64,000 nucleotides of DNA from Eledone cirrhosa (Eukaryota): contig CAXHJY010001078.1 of assembly GCA_964016885.1 (NCBI GenBank), positions 1 through 64,000 of the forward strand. Direction: 5' to 3'. The notes under the pieces are model-generated. The model was given only the letters and a program-made list of their open reading frames with translations. It ran no database searches and was not told the origin of the DNA. Position numbers and translations under genes: made by a program. Numbering within the stretch: the stretch's first letter is position 1; each line of letters starts with the position of its first letter. This document shows, piece after piece, positions 1 to 12,743 of the stretch.

Positions 1-26
1 ACATATATAATATATATATATTTACA

Positions 27-114
<88 letters not shown>

Positions 115-131
115 TGTATATATATATATAC

Positions 132-219
<88 letters not shown>

Positions 220-251
220 ATACATATATATTATATATATATATATATACA

Positions 252-299
<48 letters not shown>

Positions 300-300
300 A
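1..300. repeat. (TA)n microsatellite
   Basis: Direct reading. Similar arrays at about 460-515, 828-945, 995-1045, 1290-1435, 1600-2015 and 2345-2750. Confidence 0.98.
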
Positions 301-458
301 GATCAAAAGATGGTTAAAAGAGTTCCATGTATTTTATACGCATTTCAAAAACAAACATCATCATGCAATAACATTTGCGTTTTCGTCAGATAAAATAGGG
401 AGACATGATATGAAGATTAAAATACACTTGTGAATAGTGCAGTTTTAAATCAACATAT

Positions 459-504
<46 letters not shown>

Positions 505-524
505 TTATATATATATATTCTATT

Positions 525-824
525 CTAAGGCGGGTAAAATTCACGAGATCCATGGACGAGTTCTCTCCAGCGGTCTCTGTCCCTCATTATCGCTGCCATG
601 TCTTGCATCTTCAACAGACCAGTGTCTGTCCTTAGGGCATCAACATACGTTAACCTTGGTCTTCCTCTTCTAGTGTGTCCATGTAGGGGCTCCTGTATTT
701 GGGAGCAAAGATTGGGAATACAGAGGATGATGTGGTTGAGAGGAAGAGCAAGGCCTGGGCGGCGTGCCACAGCTTGAGATTGGTGTGGAAGTCGGACCTT
801 CGTAGAGACCTGAAAGTCCACCTC

Positions 825-828
<4 letters not shown>
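525..828 (-). mobile_element. RTE-like LINE 3' fragment with an inverted upstream piece
   Basis: Minus 525-~690 encodes [25 protein letters not shown]...[10 protein letters not shown] (RTE-type C-terminus). Plus ~695-828 encodes [44 protein letters not shown] (post-RT region). Confidence 0.8.
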
Positions 829-896
<68 letters not shown>

Positions 897-905
897 CATA
901 TATAC

Positions 906-947
<42 letters not shown>

Positions 948-992
948 GCAAGCAGGGAAAAGCGGACGTAAAATGAAATGATGATGATGAAA

Positions 993-1043
<51 letters not shown>

Positions 1044-1047
<4 letters not shown>

Positions 1048-1256
1048 GAGAAAATTGAGGTTGGTAATGGCACATGGAATATATAAGAGACTTAATACTT
1101 TTTTGTGAAAAAACATAATTTTATAAGGTAAGGAAAGAATAAAGGGTATAATTTTCTTTTCTTTCCTTACCTTATAAAATTATATGTTTTTTCACAAAAA
1201 AGTATTCTGTCTCTTATATATTCCATGTGCCATTACCAACCTCAATTTTCTCTATA
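1044..1256. repeat. Fold-back inverted repeat, arms about 95 bp
   Basis: tatagagaaaattgaggttggtaatggcacatggaatatataagagac... is mirrored by ...gtctcttatatattccatgtgccattaccaacctcaattttctctata. Confidence 0.95.
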
Positions 1257-1296
1257 ACCTTCGTTTTGTGTAGAAACTTACACTTTTCATATATAC

Positions 1297-1327
<31 letters not shown>

Positions 1328-1328
1328 C

Positions 1329-1379
<51 letters not shown>

Positions 1380-1435
1380 CATATATATATATACATATAC
1401 ATATATATATACATAGATAGATATATATATATATT

Positions 1436-1539
1436 TATTGTTATACTTTGGGAGGGTCATGTTGCCAATAAGAAACACATGCACCAGATGGTGCATGTGT
1501 TTCTTATTGGCAACATGACCCTCCCAAAGTATAACAATA
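1436..1539. repeat. Perfect hairpin, 51-bp arms with 2-nt loop
   Basis: tattgttatactttgggagggtcatgttgccaataagaaacacatgcacca-GA-exact reverse complement. Confidence 0.97.
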
Positions 1540-1605
1540 TCGGTTTCAACACACGTTTTCAGATAAAGAATCTTGCTAAACAAATTCAGAAACGATAAAT
1601 ATATT

Positions 1606-1805
<200 letters not shown>

Positions 1806-2245
1806 GATATATACATATATAGATAGATAGATATATATATACATAGATATAGATAGATAGATATATATATACATAGATATAGATAGATAGATATATATAT
1901 ATACATAGATATAGATATATATATATATACATAGATATATATATATACATAGATAGATAGATATATATATATATATACATAGATATATATATATATATAG
2001 ATATATATATACATAAATGTAAGTATGTATGTATACGTACATACATATATGTATACAGACGTACAGTACCATGCATATATATATATATATATATACAGGT
2101 ACACATACATATATGTACGTGTCAGTTTACCGGACGTTTATTATAACGCCCGCTTTGTCCGTTTGTAAACAAACAGACAGCCTGAATTTATGCCCTACGG
2201 TGTTAAGGCAACCACGTCACCTTTTTGTTCAACACTGACACAGGA

Positions 2246-2288
2246 ACGATGTACTAGTTTCAAGCTTCTTAGCTATCATCAGCACCGT
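2246..2288 (-). ncRNA. Minimal type I hammerhead ribozyme motif (Penelope-type)
   Basis: Minus strand reads ACGGUG-CUGAUGA-U-AGCU-aaga-AGCU-U-GAAA-CUAG-UA-CAUCGU: 6-bp stem I, palindromic ACUAGU stem III, GUA triplet. Confidence 0.7.
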
Positions 2289-2631
2289 ATACCCTTCTGC
2301 CAGATGGTTGAACGTTTGAAAGTATATACTTTCCTCATGAAAATTAATATACATAGATATATATATATATATACATACATTGATATATATATATATACAT
2401 ATATATAACTATATATATATATTTATATATACATAGATATATATATACATAGATATATATATATATATATATACATAGATATATATAGATATATATATAC
2501 ATATACACATAGATATATATATACATAGATATATATATATATATACATAGATATATATATATACATAGATATATATATACATAGATATATATATATACAC
2601 ATATATATATATATAATATATATATATATAC

Positions 2632-2662
<31 letters not shown>

Positions 2663-2663
2663 G

Positions 2664-2713
<50 letters not shown>

Positions 2714-2749
2714 TTATATATACATATACATATATAAATACATAGATAT

Positions 2750-2856
2750 ATCAGCTGAGTAAACTGGAGCAATGTGAAATAAAGTGCCTTGCTCAAGGAA
2801 ACAACACACTGAGAATTGAACTCACAACCTTTCGATTGCAAGGCCAATGCTCTAAC

Positions 2857-2860
<4 letters not shown>
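2750..2860 (-). mobile_element. Partial tRNA-head / CORE-like SINE
   Basis: Reverse complement gives tggttagagcattggccttgcaatcgaaaggttgtgagttcaattc...ccttgagcaaggcactttatttcacattgctccag; matches copies at 10245 and 42200-42520. Confidence 0.8.
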
Positions 2861-2891
<31 letters not shown>

Positions 2892-2894
<3 letters not shown>

Positions 2895-3258
2895 TAAAAC
2901 CTACTACAGTCAGTAGGCACCTCTAACAAAATACACCCCCGTCCCACTACCCCCACCCCATCCACACCACCCCTTTCAATGTAAAGTTATGTTGGTACCA
3001 CAACATCAAGTCCGACACAAATGAGGTCGTGTAGGTGTCACGACAAAAAAACACACAGTCCACGCTGTAATGTGGCCGTGTAGGTAATACGGTAAAAACC
3101 TCCCAGTTCCACACTGTAAATGTGGTTGGTGTCAGGAAGGGCATCCAGCCGTAGCAAACCCGCCAGACAGTCCTATGCGAGCAAGTCAACCACTCTTGCC
3201 TCAAGTGGGAAAACTCTCCTCCAAACCCATGCAAGCATGGAATATGGACGTTAAACGC
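2892..3258 (+). mobile_element. Non-coding RTE-related 3' module (RTE 5'UTR-like motif plus RTE tail)
   Basis: Closely matches 28240-28610. Contains ggtgtcaggaagggcatccagcc and the tail acccatgcaagcatggaatatggacgttaaac. Confidence 0.8.
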
Positions 3259-3296
3259 ATAATCTTATATTCTCCATTTTACATTATCTACTTTTG

Positions 3297-3657
3297 TAAT
3301 AATTGTTTCTACTTTAGGCACAAGGCTAGCAATTACCCAGTGCATTACTGGTACTTTATTTTATCGACCTCGTAAGGATGAAAGGCAAAGTTAACCTTGG
3401 CGGAATTTGAACTCAGATCGTAAAGGGACGTAACTATGCTGGAAAGCATGTCCAACCCTCTACCAACTCTGCCAATTTTGTAATAATTGTTTCTACTTTA
3501 GGCACAAGGCCAGCAATTATCCAGTGCATTACTGGTACTTTATTTTATCGACCCCGTAAGGATGAAAGGCAAAGTCAACCTCGGCGGGATTTGAACTCAG
3601 ATCGTAAAGGGACGTAACTATGCTGGAAAGCATGGCGTCCGACCCTCTACCGATACT
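3297..3657 (-). mobile_element. Two head-to-tail copies of SINE family A (tRNA-like head, possibly Meta-like body, (ATT)n tail)
   Basis: Both carry the reverse complement of gagttcaaatccc..gaggttaactttgcctttcatccttacggggtcgataaaataaagtaccag...gccttgtgcctaaagtagaaacaattatt. Confidence 0.9.
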
Positions 3658-4481
3658 GGATATACTATTAGATATCAAAATTTCCCATTGTATATACAAA
3701 CTAGTGATATACTATGAAGTTTAGTATAAGTAATCGAAGATGTACAACTAAAGAGTTTGAACTCTCTTAATAATAGTATTTATCATTTTTACAAACTAAT
3801 AATTCATTAAATATAAATATGAATAGCATTGTTACATTTTAATGACTACAATTACTAACTGTGTAATTGTTTACTCACAACGGACATTCTCAGTTGAAAT
3901 CACTTACAAAACAAATACCATACAGGAATATAAGTGTGTGTATGTGTGAGTTGGCTTGTCTGTGTGTAAGTGTTTGCCTTTTCAGTATGTGTGTGTATAT
4001 GTTTTGTGTGTTTGTCTGTTTACCTGTGTGTGTGTTTGTGTGGGTTCTATGTGTTGTATGTATGTATGAATGATCTATTTATGTAAACATCTACATGGCT
4101 ATCAAACTATAGTTTGCGTGTAGTTGAAAAATAAACAAATTTGCCTCATGTTTTGTGAATTTAGATTCTGCTACTTGTGTTGTCATCATCTTTATATGAT
4201 CAGTTTCATTAGTTTTACATCATCTTGTGGAAGTAAACAGATATAACAAAGCAAATGATGCAGTACATTCATGAAATACATTAGCTTAATGCTTGAAATA
4301 ACAGGAATAGAGTTTTTACGTTTCTCACACTAGTCCTTCATCTGAATATACAAATAAAAGTAAAAGATAAAATAGAAAGAAAAGATAAAGAGTGAAAAAA
4401 GGAAAGAATGGAAAAACAATGAGAAAAAACACGCATACATATTTGGTCAGCCATTATGGATACATATATATATATATATAT

Positions 4482-4970
4482 TCTTCTTTGTCCAGTTAAT
4501 CCTGAGAGGGTTGTGGTGGCAGAGTTTCACAAATGCTCCTTCCAGTAGGTCCTGTCAGAAGCAACCATCTCCAATTGATCTGGCTGGACCCCCAAGTGAG
4601 ATCAGCCAAGCTCATGGATGTCATCCAACCATCTTGCTCATGACCTACCCTTAGGTCTCCAGCCTGTTGGTTTTGCCCATGAAATGTGTCCAGTGATTCT
4701 TTCCTGAGACATTCTAACCACATGCCTATAATATCAGAGCTGTGATCTCTCAATTCAGAGAATTTATGGCTCTACCTGGAGTGCCTCTCTGATCTCCGAG
4801 CTACACACTTTAACAAGTAATGCTACTCGAAGGACCCTTCGGAGGATCCCCATTTCGATCTTATTCTTTTAGTCATTACCCAAGATTAATGACCATAGGC
4901 AAGATTTGGCATGAATACCTAATTGAAGATAGTCAAGCTTTTACAACTACCTCCCTTCTTCTGACTACCA
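4482..4970 (-). mobile_element. Degenerate RTE (Expander/Rex3-like) LINE 3' fragment
   Basis: Minus frames show VFMPNLAYGH*SWVMTKRIRS and ARWLDDI...VASDRTYWK relics; short (gaa) tail. Confidence 0.55.
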
Positions 4971-4983
4971 AACTACATATATA

Positions 4984-5017
<34 letters not shown>

Positions 5018-5335
5018 AATGGATAGACATTACAATACAATAGGAGGGAACATAATAGTACCACTGATGATGTTGCAGATGTGCAACGAAATAACTTTGA
5101 TAGACTATAAATATATATATATATATATATGTATTTTTAACCGTTGGTCAGTCATTGATAAACATTGATTGCCAAATAAATTAACTATGGAGATATAAAA
5201 GATACAGAAGCGAAAACCAACCAAACAGTGAGTGTGTTCTGTTATTATTTCTGTCAATATTATTACAACAATATGACCCTCCCAAGTATAACACTATTTG
5301 TTTCGACACACGATTTCATATCAAAAACCTTGCAA

Positions 5336-5385
<50 letters not shown>

Positions 5386-6354
5386 GATAGATATATATAG
5401 ATAATCCTAACATACTGCCTTCCTAATGTGAAATGAATTCCAAGCTGATAGATGCCATATTTTATTTTAATATACACTATTCCCAATAGTTTGGTTAATA
5501 ATACTTGGCAAGCAAGCAAGATAGAGTAATGTTGTCAATTCAACTGTTCAAACTATTGACACTAATCAACATGTATGTACTTTTTGTAAAGATGTGTCAG
5601 TTAAAACTGTCATGGTTTGAGTGTTAGACTGAAGCAAGAAAACCAGAGTGATTATTTAGATAACATTTCAATGATGCCCCAAATATGGTTACACAATACA
5701 CATTAATTTGTATTTGCCTTTCCTAAACAAGATAAAAAACCCCGTCAATGGTAACATTACCAAAACCACAAAACCACAAACAGGACTGTCATATCTGAAA
5801 TCATTGTTGCTAATCCTGTTTATTTCTGTCTCTACCAACATCACAATACCCTCATCGTCACCAACATGCCTATATATTTATAACTATTATCATTATTACC
5901 TCCATTATATGTGGCAGTAGATAACTTAAAACAGAATCTTTGTTTATGAAAGAAGACTGAAAAAAACAAAAAAGAAAATTAAATGAAAGCAGAGACATTT
6001 CTTGACATTGAATTACATGGCATTAGAGAGCCATACAATTATGGCTAATGCCAAGAATTATCGATCTCCAATAACTTCCCAAAAGTTCTTTGATTTTGTT
6101 ATGTGAAGCAGTTTATGAGAAAATCACCAGTGAATTGAAGCAGGAAAAATTAACTTATATTAACTTATATCCTCATAAGCCATTTTGAAAGAAATATTCA
6201 TTTTATTATAGCCATTCATTTCAATCTTGATTGGCTATTGATCAGTTTAGAATAAGATAGTAAGTTAGAGAGAGAGGTTGCTAAGAGCAAATACGAGCTG
6301 GAAATAGATTAACATATAGGAGCAAAATCCTGAGACAAGAAAGACACTCATACG

Positions 6355-6430
<76 letters not shown>

Positions 6431-6934
6431 GGGAGTGGTGGTAAATATAGACAAATACGGAGACAAAGAGAAAGAAAATTTAAAGTAAAGCAAGAAAGAG
6501 AAATAGCTATATTGAAAAAGAGGAATAATTCTGTATGTGATGTGAATAGACACATCAATAATTAAATGAAATTTCATGAAAGCAAATAGGGTAGCCAGGG
6601 ATGGAAATATGTTCCTTATGGATACTATAATACCCGACACATGTCAACAGAATTTAGTTATTCTTGCTGATGTGGATGCAATAGTACTAAATTGGTTGAC
6701 TTTTTAGACTACTAGTCAGCATTTAGATATGAACATTGATATCACACTGCCTGCATCTACCTCTGGTTCTACGATACAAAGCTGTTTCTTTTAAAGTTCT
6801 TATATTTATCTAAGATATGTCTATCATAATTTTTTGTAAGGAACTTTAAGCTGTGCTCTAAATACCAGTTTAATAATGAGATAATGAGAAACTTAGTTAT
6901 GGGACACTAACATATTTTCTGTCCATAAATTTTC

Positions 6935-7050
6935 ATTCACATGGCATTGCTTAACCTGAGGCTATAGTAGAAGACACTTGCCATGGCATTGTACAGTGGG
7001 ACTGAACAATATCTTGAAGTGAACTCTTTAACCACACAGCCATATGTGCA
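6935..7050 (-). mobile_element. Degenerate SINE (third family)
   Basis: cctgaggctatagtagaagacacttgcc...cagtgggactgaac...accacacagccat; a related, more decayed plus-strand copy lies near 20030-20230. Confidence 0.55.
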
Positions 7051-7726
7051 CCTGTCTAAGCTATATTACATTATTTGACCCTATAGTTTTCCAACATGGA
7101 ATAAATGAAAAATACAGTAACAAATGGAATTCCTTATTTCCATTTCAGTGCAGCTGCAGCATTCAAAACAACCATTCTATTTGTAAAATACTATATTTCT
7201 AAACATTTTATATAAATAGCTAACTGTTGAGAACTGTACCAAACTTATGCTGATAGAGGAAAAAAGAGAGTGAGTGAAAGAAAAAAAAAGTATGTGGGGA
7301 GAATACTGTGTGTGTGTGTGTAATGGTTGGGGTAGAAAAAGAAATCTCAGACATGCATACACATTTAATGGTGTGCAATGGAAAATCTAATATCTATACA
7401 GAAATATATATATAATCTTAATATTTCTCATATTGTTGCTAATCTCTTTCTATGGCTGATTATGACAAGTTTGATAACATCTTGACAGATGTTAAATGTT
7501 TCAAATTCAATGACATAGAACTGATTCATTTTTGAAAAAGAATCAATAACGATAAATATTAACAATAAGTAAATAATAAAAAAAGTTAATACCATTTTCT
7601 TTTATTGGCCACAAGGTTGCACGACATTTCAGATAATATATGTACAAAAAACAGCAGACTACATTGACTAAAGGAAATGAGAAATCAGTAAATGTAAATA
7701 GTAGGTATGAAAAGCATTTTAAGTTG

Positions 7727-8220
7727 TAATAATGATTTCTGATTTAGGCACAAGGTCAGCAATTTTGGGGAGGAGACAGTCGATTAAATCGACCCCAGTG
7801 CATTACTGGTGCTTTATTTTATTGACCCCCGTAAGGATGAAAGGCAAAGTTAACCTCGGTGGGATTTGAACTCAGAACATAAAGAAACATAACTATGCCA
7901 TGAAGCAAGGTGTCTGACGCTCTACTGATGCTGCCAATCCACTGCTCTAAGAGCTGTAATTATATGCCACAAAGTATGTTGTCCACTGATACTGCCAATC
8001 CACTGCTCTATTTAAAGTTGTAATAATAATTATTTCTACTTTTGGCACAAGACCAGCAATTATCCCAGTGCATTACTGGTACTTTATTTTATCGACCCCG
8101 TAAGGATGAAAGGCAAAGTTAACCTTGGCAGGATTTGAACTCAGACCATAAAGGGTCGTAACTCTTTGCTGCAAAACATGACATCCGACCCACTACTGAT
8201 ACTGCCAATCCACTCCCTTA
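7727..8220 (-). mobile_element. Two tandem SINE family A copies
   Basis: Same core as 3297. aagttgtaataat recurs at about 7721, 8016 and 8221 (TSD-like). A partial third copy lies at 8627-8733. Confidence 0.9.
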
Positions 8221-8759
8221 AAGTTGTAATAATAATACAAAAAAATGAGTCAATAGGAAAAAAGTTTCCAAAGAGCACTCCCGCCATGATTACTCTTTTG
8301 CTTCAGAGACAATAAAGGTGATTTTTTTCTCCTGGTTTCTTTCCTCCTCATTAGTGGGTCCATTTAGCCTCGTCAATCTAGATTCCTGAAACACATCACA
8401 AGGCAACATCTGCTTCTCTTCATTTACCTTCTTCATCAAATGGTATTTGCCAGGAAGGACTGCAGAACTGATTTTAGTTGAGGGAAGGAGCAAATAAAAG
8501 AACACACACACACACACATATATATCCAAGGAGTGTATGCTGAAGTTACTGTAGGTTCAACCAGGTGAGCACTCGATGTTTAGGTTCACATCAATGGCGA
8601 GGTGTAGAGCTAGACAGAGTGTAATATAATTGTTTCTACTTTTGGCACAAGGCCAGCAATTATCCCAGTACATTACTGGTACTTTATTTTATCGACCCCG
8701 TAAGGATGAAAGGCAAAGTTAACCTCAAAGTTAACAGACAGAGTATAATATAATAATAC

Positions 8760-9430
8760 AAGGACGATTTGTTAAGCCTTCATTACGTTTATTGATTGGT
8801 GACATGCATTTCGCTATTGATCAGCTCAAGGTTCGATCTGTATCGATCTGGTCCACCTCTGGAATTAAAATCTCATCGGACCTCTGCTATAGAACAAACA
8901 GTTTGGAACATTTTGATTCAAATAGGAGCCCTTCAAAATAACTGGCTTTCTAGAGGCGATTTTTTGGTATCAAATGGTTAAGAGGAACAGAAACTGTTGT
9001 ATTAATTTTAGACGATGCAGAGAGAATATGCAGCACATCAGTGAGCTCGTGGCTGAAGTACGTTGGTGAGGGAAGTTTAAATTTTATAAATTGAATGTTG
9101 TCTTTTATGTGTCCTAAGGTGTTTGTGAATGAAGGAGGTTCATTCCAAATAAATTTCTGCATCTGTGCCAGTTCAGCATTAAAGCATTTTCTCACGTTGA
9201 AGTGGAAGATAGCTTTTGAGATGCACTCTTAACTGTATCATTATGTCTTGATTGCCATGAAAGGGTATCGGGAATTGTGAGACCTACCGCTTTGTAAAGT
9301 TTTTGAAATTATGATTTGTTTGCCATTCAAGAGTAAGGTAGTATAATCTTGTATGCATGTTTTCTTAATGGAACAATTTAGTGTGATTAGCTTGTCATGT
9401 ATCCTTTAGAAACAATTTTCAAGGTCTCTG
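8760..9430 (-). mobile_element. Highly degenerate non-LTR retrotransposon 3' region (CR1/Jockey-like)
   Basis: Minus frames give ...VGLTIPDTLSWQ...TVKSASQKL..., resembling the post-RT LGLTI...LSW..H.....K.ASQKL motif. Many stops. Confidence 0.4.
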
Positions 9431-9849
9431 TTTGTGGAAATGTGTCTGGAATCAAATCTTTTCTTTGCAAAGCAATGACACCTATGTGGTTATTAGTGTG
9501 AAGTGCCCTTCCCTTCTGTCATCAGTATAGGAGTGTGCATGTATTGCAAAATGACAGGAAAGAAATGTTAGCAATGTGATTATTATTACTAGTAGTATTT
9601 TATTTTATTTCTTAAGAGGGTTGACACCACACATTTGCAATGTCTTCATCATTATTCATTCTGATGGAGGAAATGGTTTTTACACTTGAGGGTTTGGCTT
9701 AGCTTAATCACAATTGAATGAGGATGAGGAAATAATTAACAAGATTAATATACCAGGAATGTGTTACTTGCCCTCAGTTGGTTCCTATGTTGAGTGGTTC
9801 AATTGTTTGAACTGGGGAAGAGCCTGCCAATTAAATTAATGTTTAAGTT

Positions 9850-10080
9850 ACCATGAATGCCACAGACACATGTATCCTTAATGTAGTTCTCAAAGCGATT
9901 CAATGCATGTGTCATAAGGCTGGTACTTTAAATTACAGGTGGAGCTCTTTTTTACTTGTTGAGTGAACCAGATCAGCACAAAGTAAAGTGTCTTGCTCAA
10001 GGACATAAGATGCTTCTAGAATTAAACCCCTGACCTTACAACCATGAGCCAGACACCCTAACCACTTAGCCACATGCATT
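9850..10080 (-). mobile_element. Degenerate tRNA/CORE-like SINE, tail type 1
   Basis: aagtgtcttgctcaaggac...accacttagccacatg; tail shared with the plus-strand copy at about 58125-58335. Confidence 0.65.
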
Positions 10081-10242
10081 CAATATTAAATTCATGTGAA
10101 CGACATTCCGTACTAGAAATATACTTCATGTGAATCTATTGGCCCAGTCTTCAGCAACACAAAAATACTAATAGCAAGTATGACCATTCATTTAAGAGTT
10201 GATTAGCCTGAACTGACATTATCAAGATGTTTATATAGTTGT

Positions 10243-10585
10243 GGTGAAGGTGTATGGCTTAGTGGTTAGAGCATTGGGCTTGCAATTGTGAGGTTGTGAG
10301 TTCGATTTTCAGACCAGTTGATGTGTTGCATCCTTGAGCAAGACAGTTTATTTCATGTTGCTCCAGTTTACTCAGCTTTAGAAATAAGTTGCGACATCAC
10401 TGGTGCCAAGCTGTATCAGCCTAAGCCTTTCTCTTGGGCAACACCAGTGGCATGGAGAGGGGGAGATTGGTATGGATGGGAGACTGTTGGTCTTCCACAA
10501 ACAACTTTGCCTGGATTTGCACCTTAGGGGAGAGCTTTCTAGTTGCAAATCCCATGGTCATTTATCACCGAAGTTGGGTTTTACT
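10243..10585 (+). mobile_element. tRNA/CORE-like SINE, tail type 2
   Basis: A-box tggcttagtggtt, B-box gagttcgatt, then ccttgagcaagacag..ttgctccagtttactcagc and a distinct tail of about 200 bp. Confidence 0.8.
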
Positions 10586-11149
10586 TATTGTTGTGGTATG
10601 GTAAAACAAATCAAATGTATAACTGAGATTAAAAATACTTATACTTATCAGAAATTACACATTTCATTATTTCATAACATAATACTTTCATCTGTTAGAT
10701 GAGAGCACAACCAGCACATTTATTAACTCAATTATTAAGGTAAAACAGAAATGTATTTTTTTTGTTTGTTTTAGATTTAATTAATTAAGATTGTTGATTG
10801 TTTTTAAAAGAAAATTAAAAATGTTAAATTATTAAATGAAAAATAAATATATGAAAGAAGTGGTTAGTGCAGGGACAGAAAAGAATGTGTGTGTCATGAA
10901 TGTGGTGAGGACAGTAGGAGTGAAAAGAATTTTTGATCAATGATCATTGAAAGCATTATTATATTGAGACTTTGCCTTTCATCCTTACGGGGTCGATAAA
11001 ATAAAGTACCAGTAATACACTGGGATAATTGCTGGCCTTGTGTCAAAAGTAGAAACAATTATTATATTGAGTTCATTGCTAAATTCATTGAATCTATTAT
11101 TATTATTACTACTACTATTATTATTATTGTTATTATAAAAATATAACAT

Positions 11150-11368
11150 CCCTCCACCCGAAACTGACAACCATGTTCAATGACTGCTTGATGTCAGGTG
11201 AGGTACCAGAGTGGTTGACAAAAGGTACCACAGTTCTGGTAATGAAAGACCGAACCAAGGGTAATGATGTTACCAACTATAAACCTATCACATGTCTGTC
11301 TGTAATGTGGAAACTGTTAACAAGCATTGTGTCTGAGGAAATCTACCATCACCTCCACATAAACAACT
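11150..11368 (+). mobile_element. R4/Dong-type LINE RT fragment within (TAA/TAG)n
   Basis: MFNDCLMSGEVPEWLTKGTTVLVMKD...NYKPITCLSVMWKLLTSIVSEEIYHHL; PEWL..G.T.L..K and NY.PITCL...WK are typical of RLE-type RT. Confidence 0.8.
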
Positions 11369-11664
11369 TATTATTATTATTATTACTATTATCATTATTA
11401 TTATTATTATTATTAGTAGTAGTAGTAGTAGTAGTTGTTGTTGTTGTACTATTACTACTACTACTACAACTACTATTTTGTATTGAAATATTTTTTATTT
11501 TAAGAAAAAGAGGGTGAAAATTACACACTAAAAAAAAAAAAAAATAATATTAGTGTGAATATTTTTTCTAATATTTTTCTTGAAATTAATTGTTTTTGCT
11601 GTTCATTGTATTCAAAATAGATTCTTAACAATTCAGTAACATGGAAAAGGGAATAATAATGAAA

Positions 11665-12112
11665 CGTGTGTATGTGTGTAGGCATATGTAGTGTGTATAT
11701 GTGTATGCATATGTAATCTAGTGTGTATGTGTGTATGCATTTGTATACTAGTGTGTATGTGTGTATGCATATGTAATCTAGTGTGTATGTGTGCATGTGT
11801 ATGTAATCTAGTGTTTATGTGTGTATATGTGTATGTGTGTATGTATATGTAATCTAGTGTATATGTGAGTATGCATATGTAATCTAGTGTGTATATGTGT
11901 ATGTGTATATGTATATGTAATCTAGTGCGTATTTGTGTATATGTGTATGTGTGTATGCATATGTAATCTAGTGTGTATATGTGTATGTATATGTAATCTA
12001 GTGTGTATGTGTGTATATATGTGTGTATGCTTATGTAATCTAGTGTATATGTGTATGTAATATATTGTGTATGTGTGAATGTATATGTAATCTAGTGTGT
12101 ATGTGTGTCTAG
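11665..12112. repeat. Minisatellite, unit about 30 bp (atgcatatgtaatctagtgtgtatgtgtgt)
   Basis: The gtaatctagtgt motif recurs about a dozen times in a (TG/TA) background. Confidence 0.9.
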
Positions 12113-12648
12113 AAGTGAGTATGAAGAAAGCTTTCTATCATTTTGACTGTTGATTGCTCATGTCAATATTATTCCATTTCGTTTGTAGTTCAATAGTTAA
12201 GCTCTGCTACAATTCCAGACGACTCTGTTCTATGATTCTGGTGTGATTGTTGCTATTTTCACTTATATTTTCTTTTTCTATTGTATTTTGTGGGAGTTTC
12301 AGGTTTTTGCTATGATTGTTGCCATGCTTTCACATGAGGGCTTTAGAATTTTAAGTTGGATTAAAAGATCTAAAGGGCTTTTTTTTTACAAGGCCTTGTT
12401 AAGATGTGCAGACTTCAATTGAGCCATACATTGCATTATTGTGTTCCATATAATATTCAAATAAGACCCTTTCATCATCGATTTGACAGTCTTTGTTCTT
12501 TTGTGTTACTCAACGTTCATATGTGCATTACTAACATGCACATACATGAAATAAATTATGCTCATGTATGGGTTGTGATAGTCTGTGTACATACTTGCAT
12601 ACATGCACATACATATAGACACACACATATATTCATATACAAATATGA

Positions 12649-12695
<47 letters not shown>

Positions 12696-12743
12696 CACAC
12701 ACATCTTTATATACACACACACACACACACATCTGTATATATA

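Noticed and set aside
8290-8529. 79-aa minus-strand ORF of ordinary composition
   Set aside because: No recognisable motif or convincing exon boundaries.
10243-10316. tRNA genes at SINE heads (also 12878 and 42280-42352)
   Set aside because: A and B boxes are present but there is no proper acceptor stem, and each runs into a SINE body.
11665-12112. Regularly spaced motif as a CRISPR-like array
   Set aside because: Spacers are low-complexity TG/TA, context is eukaryotic, no cas genes.
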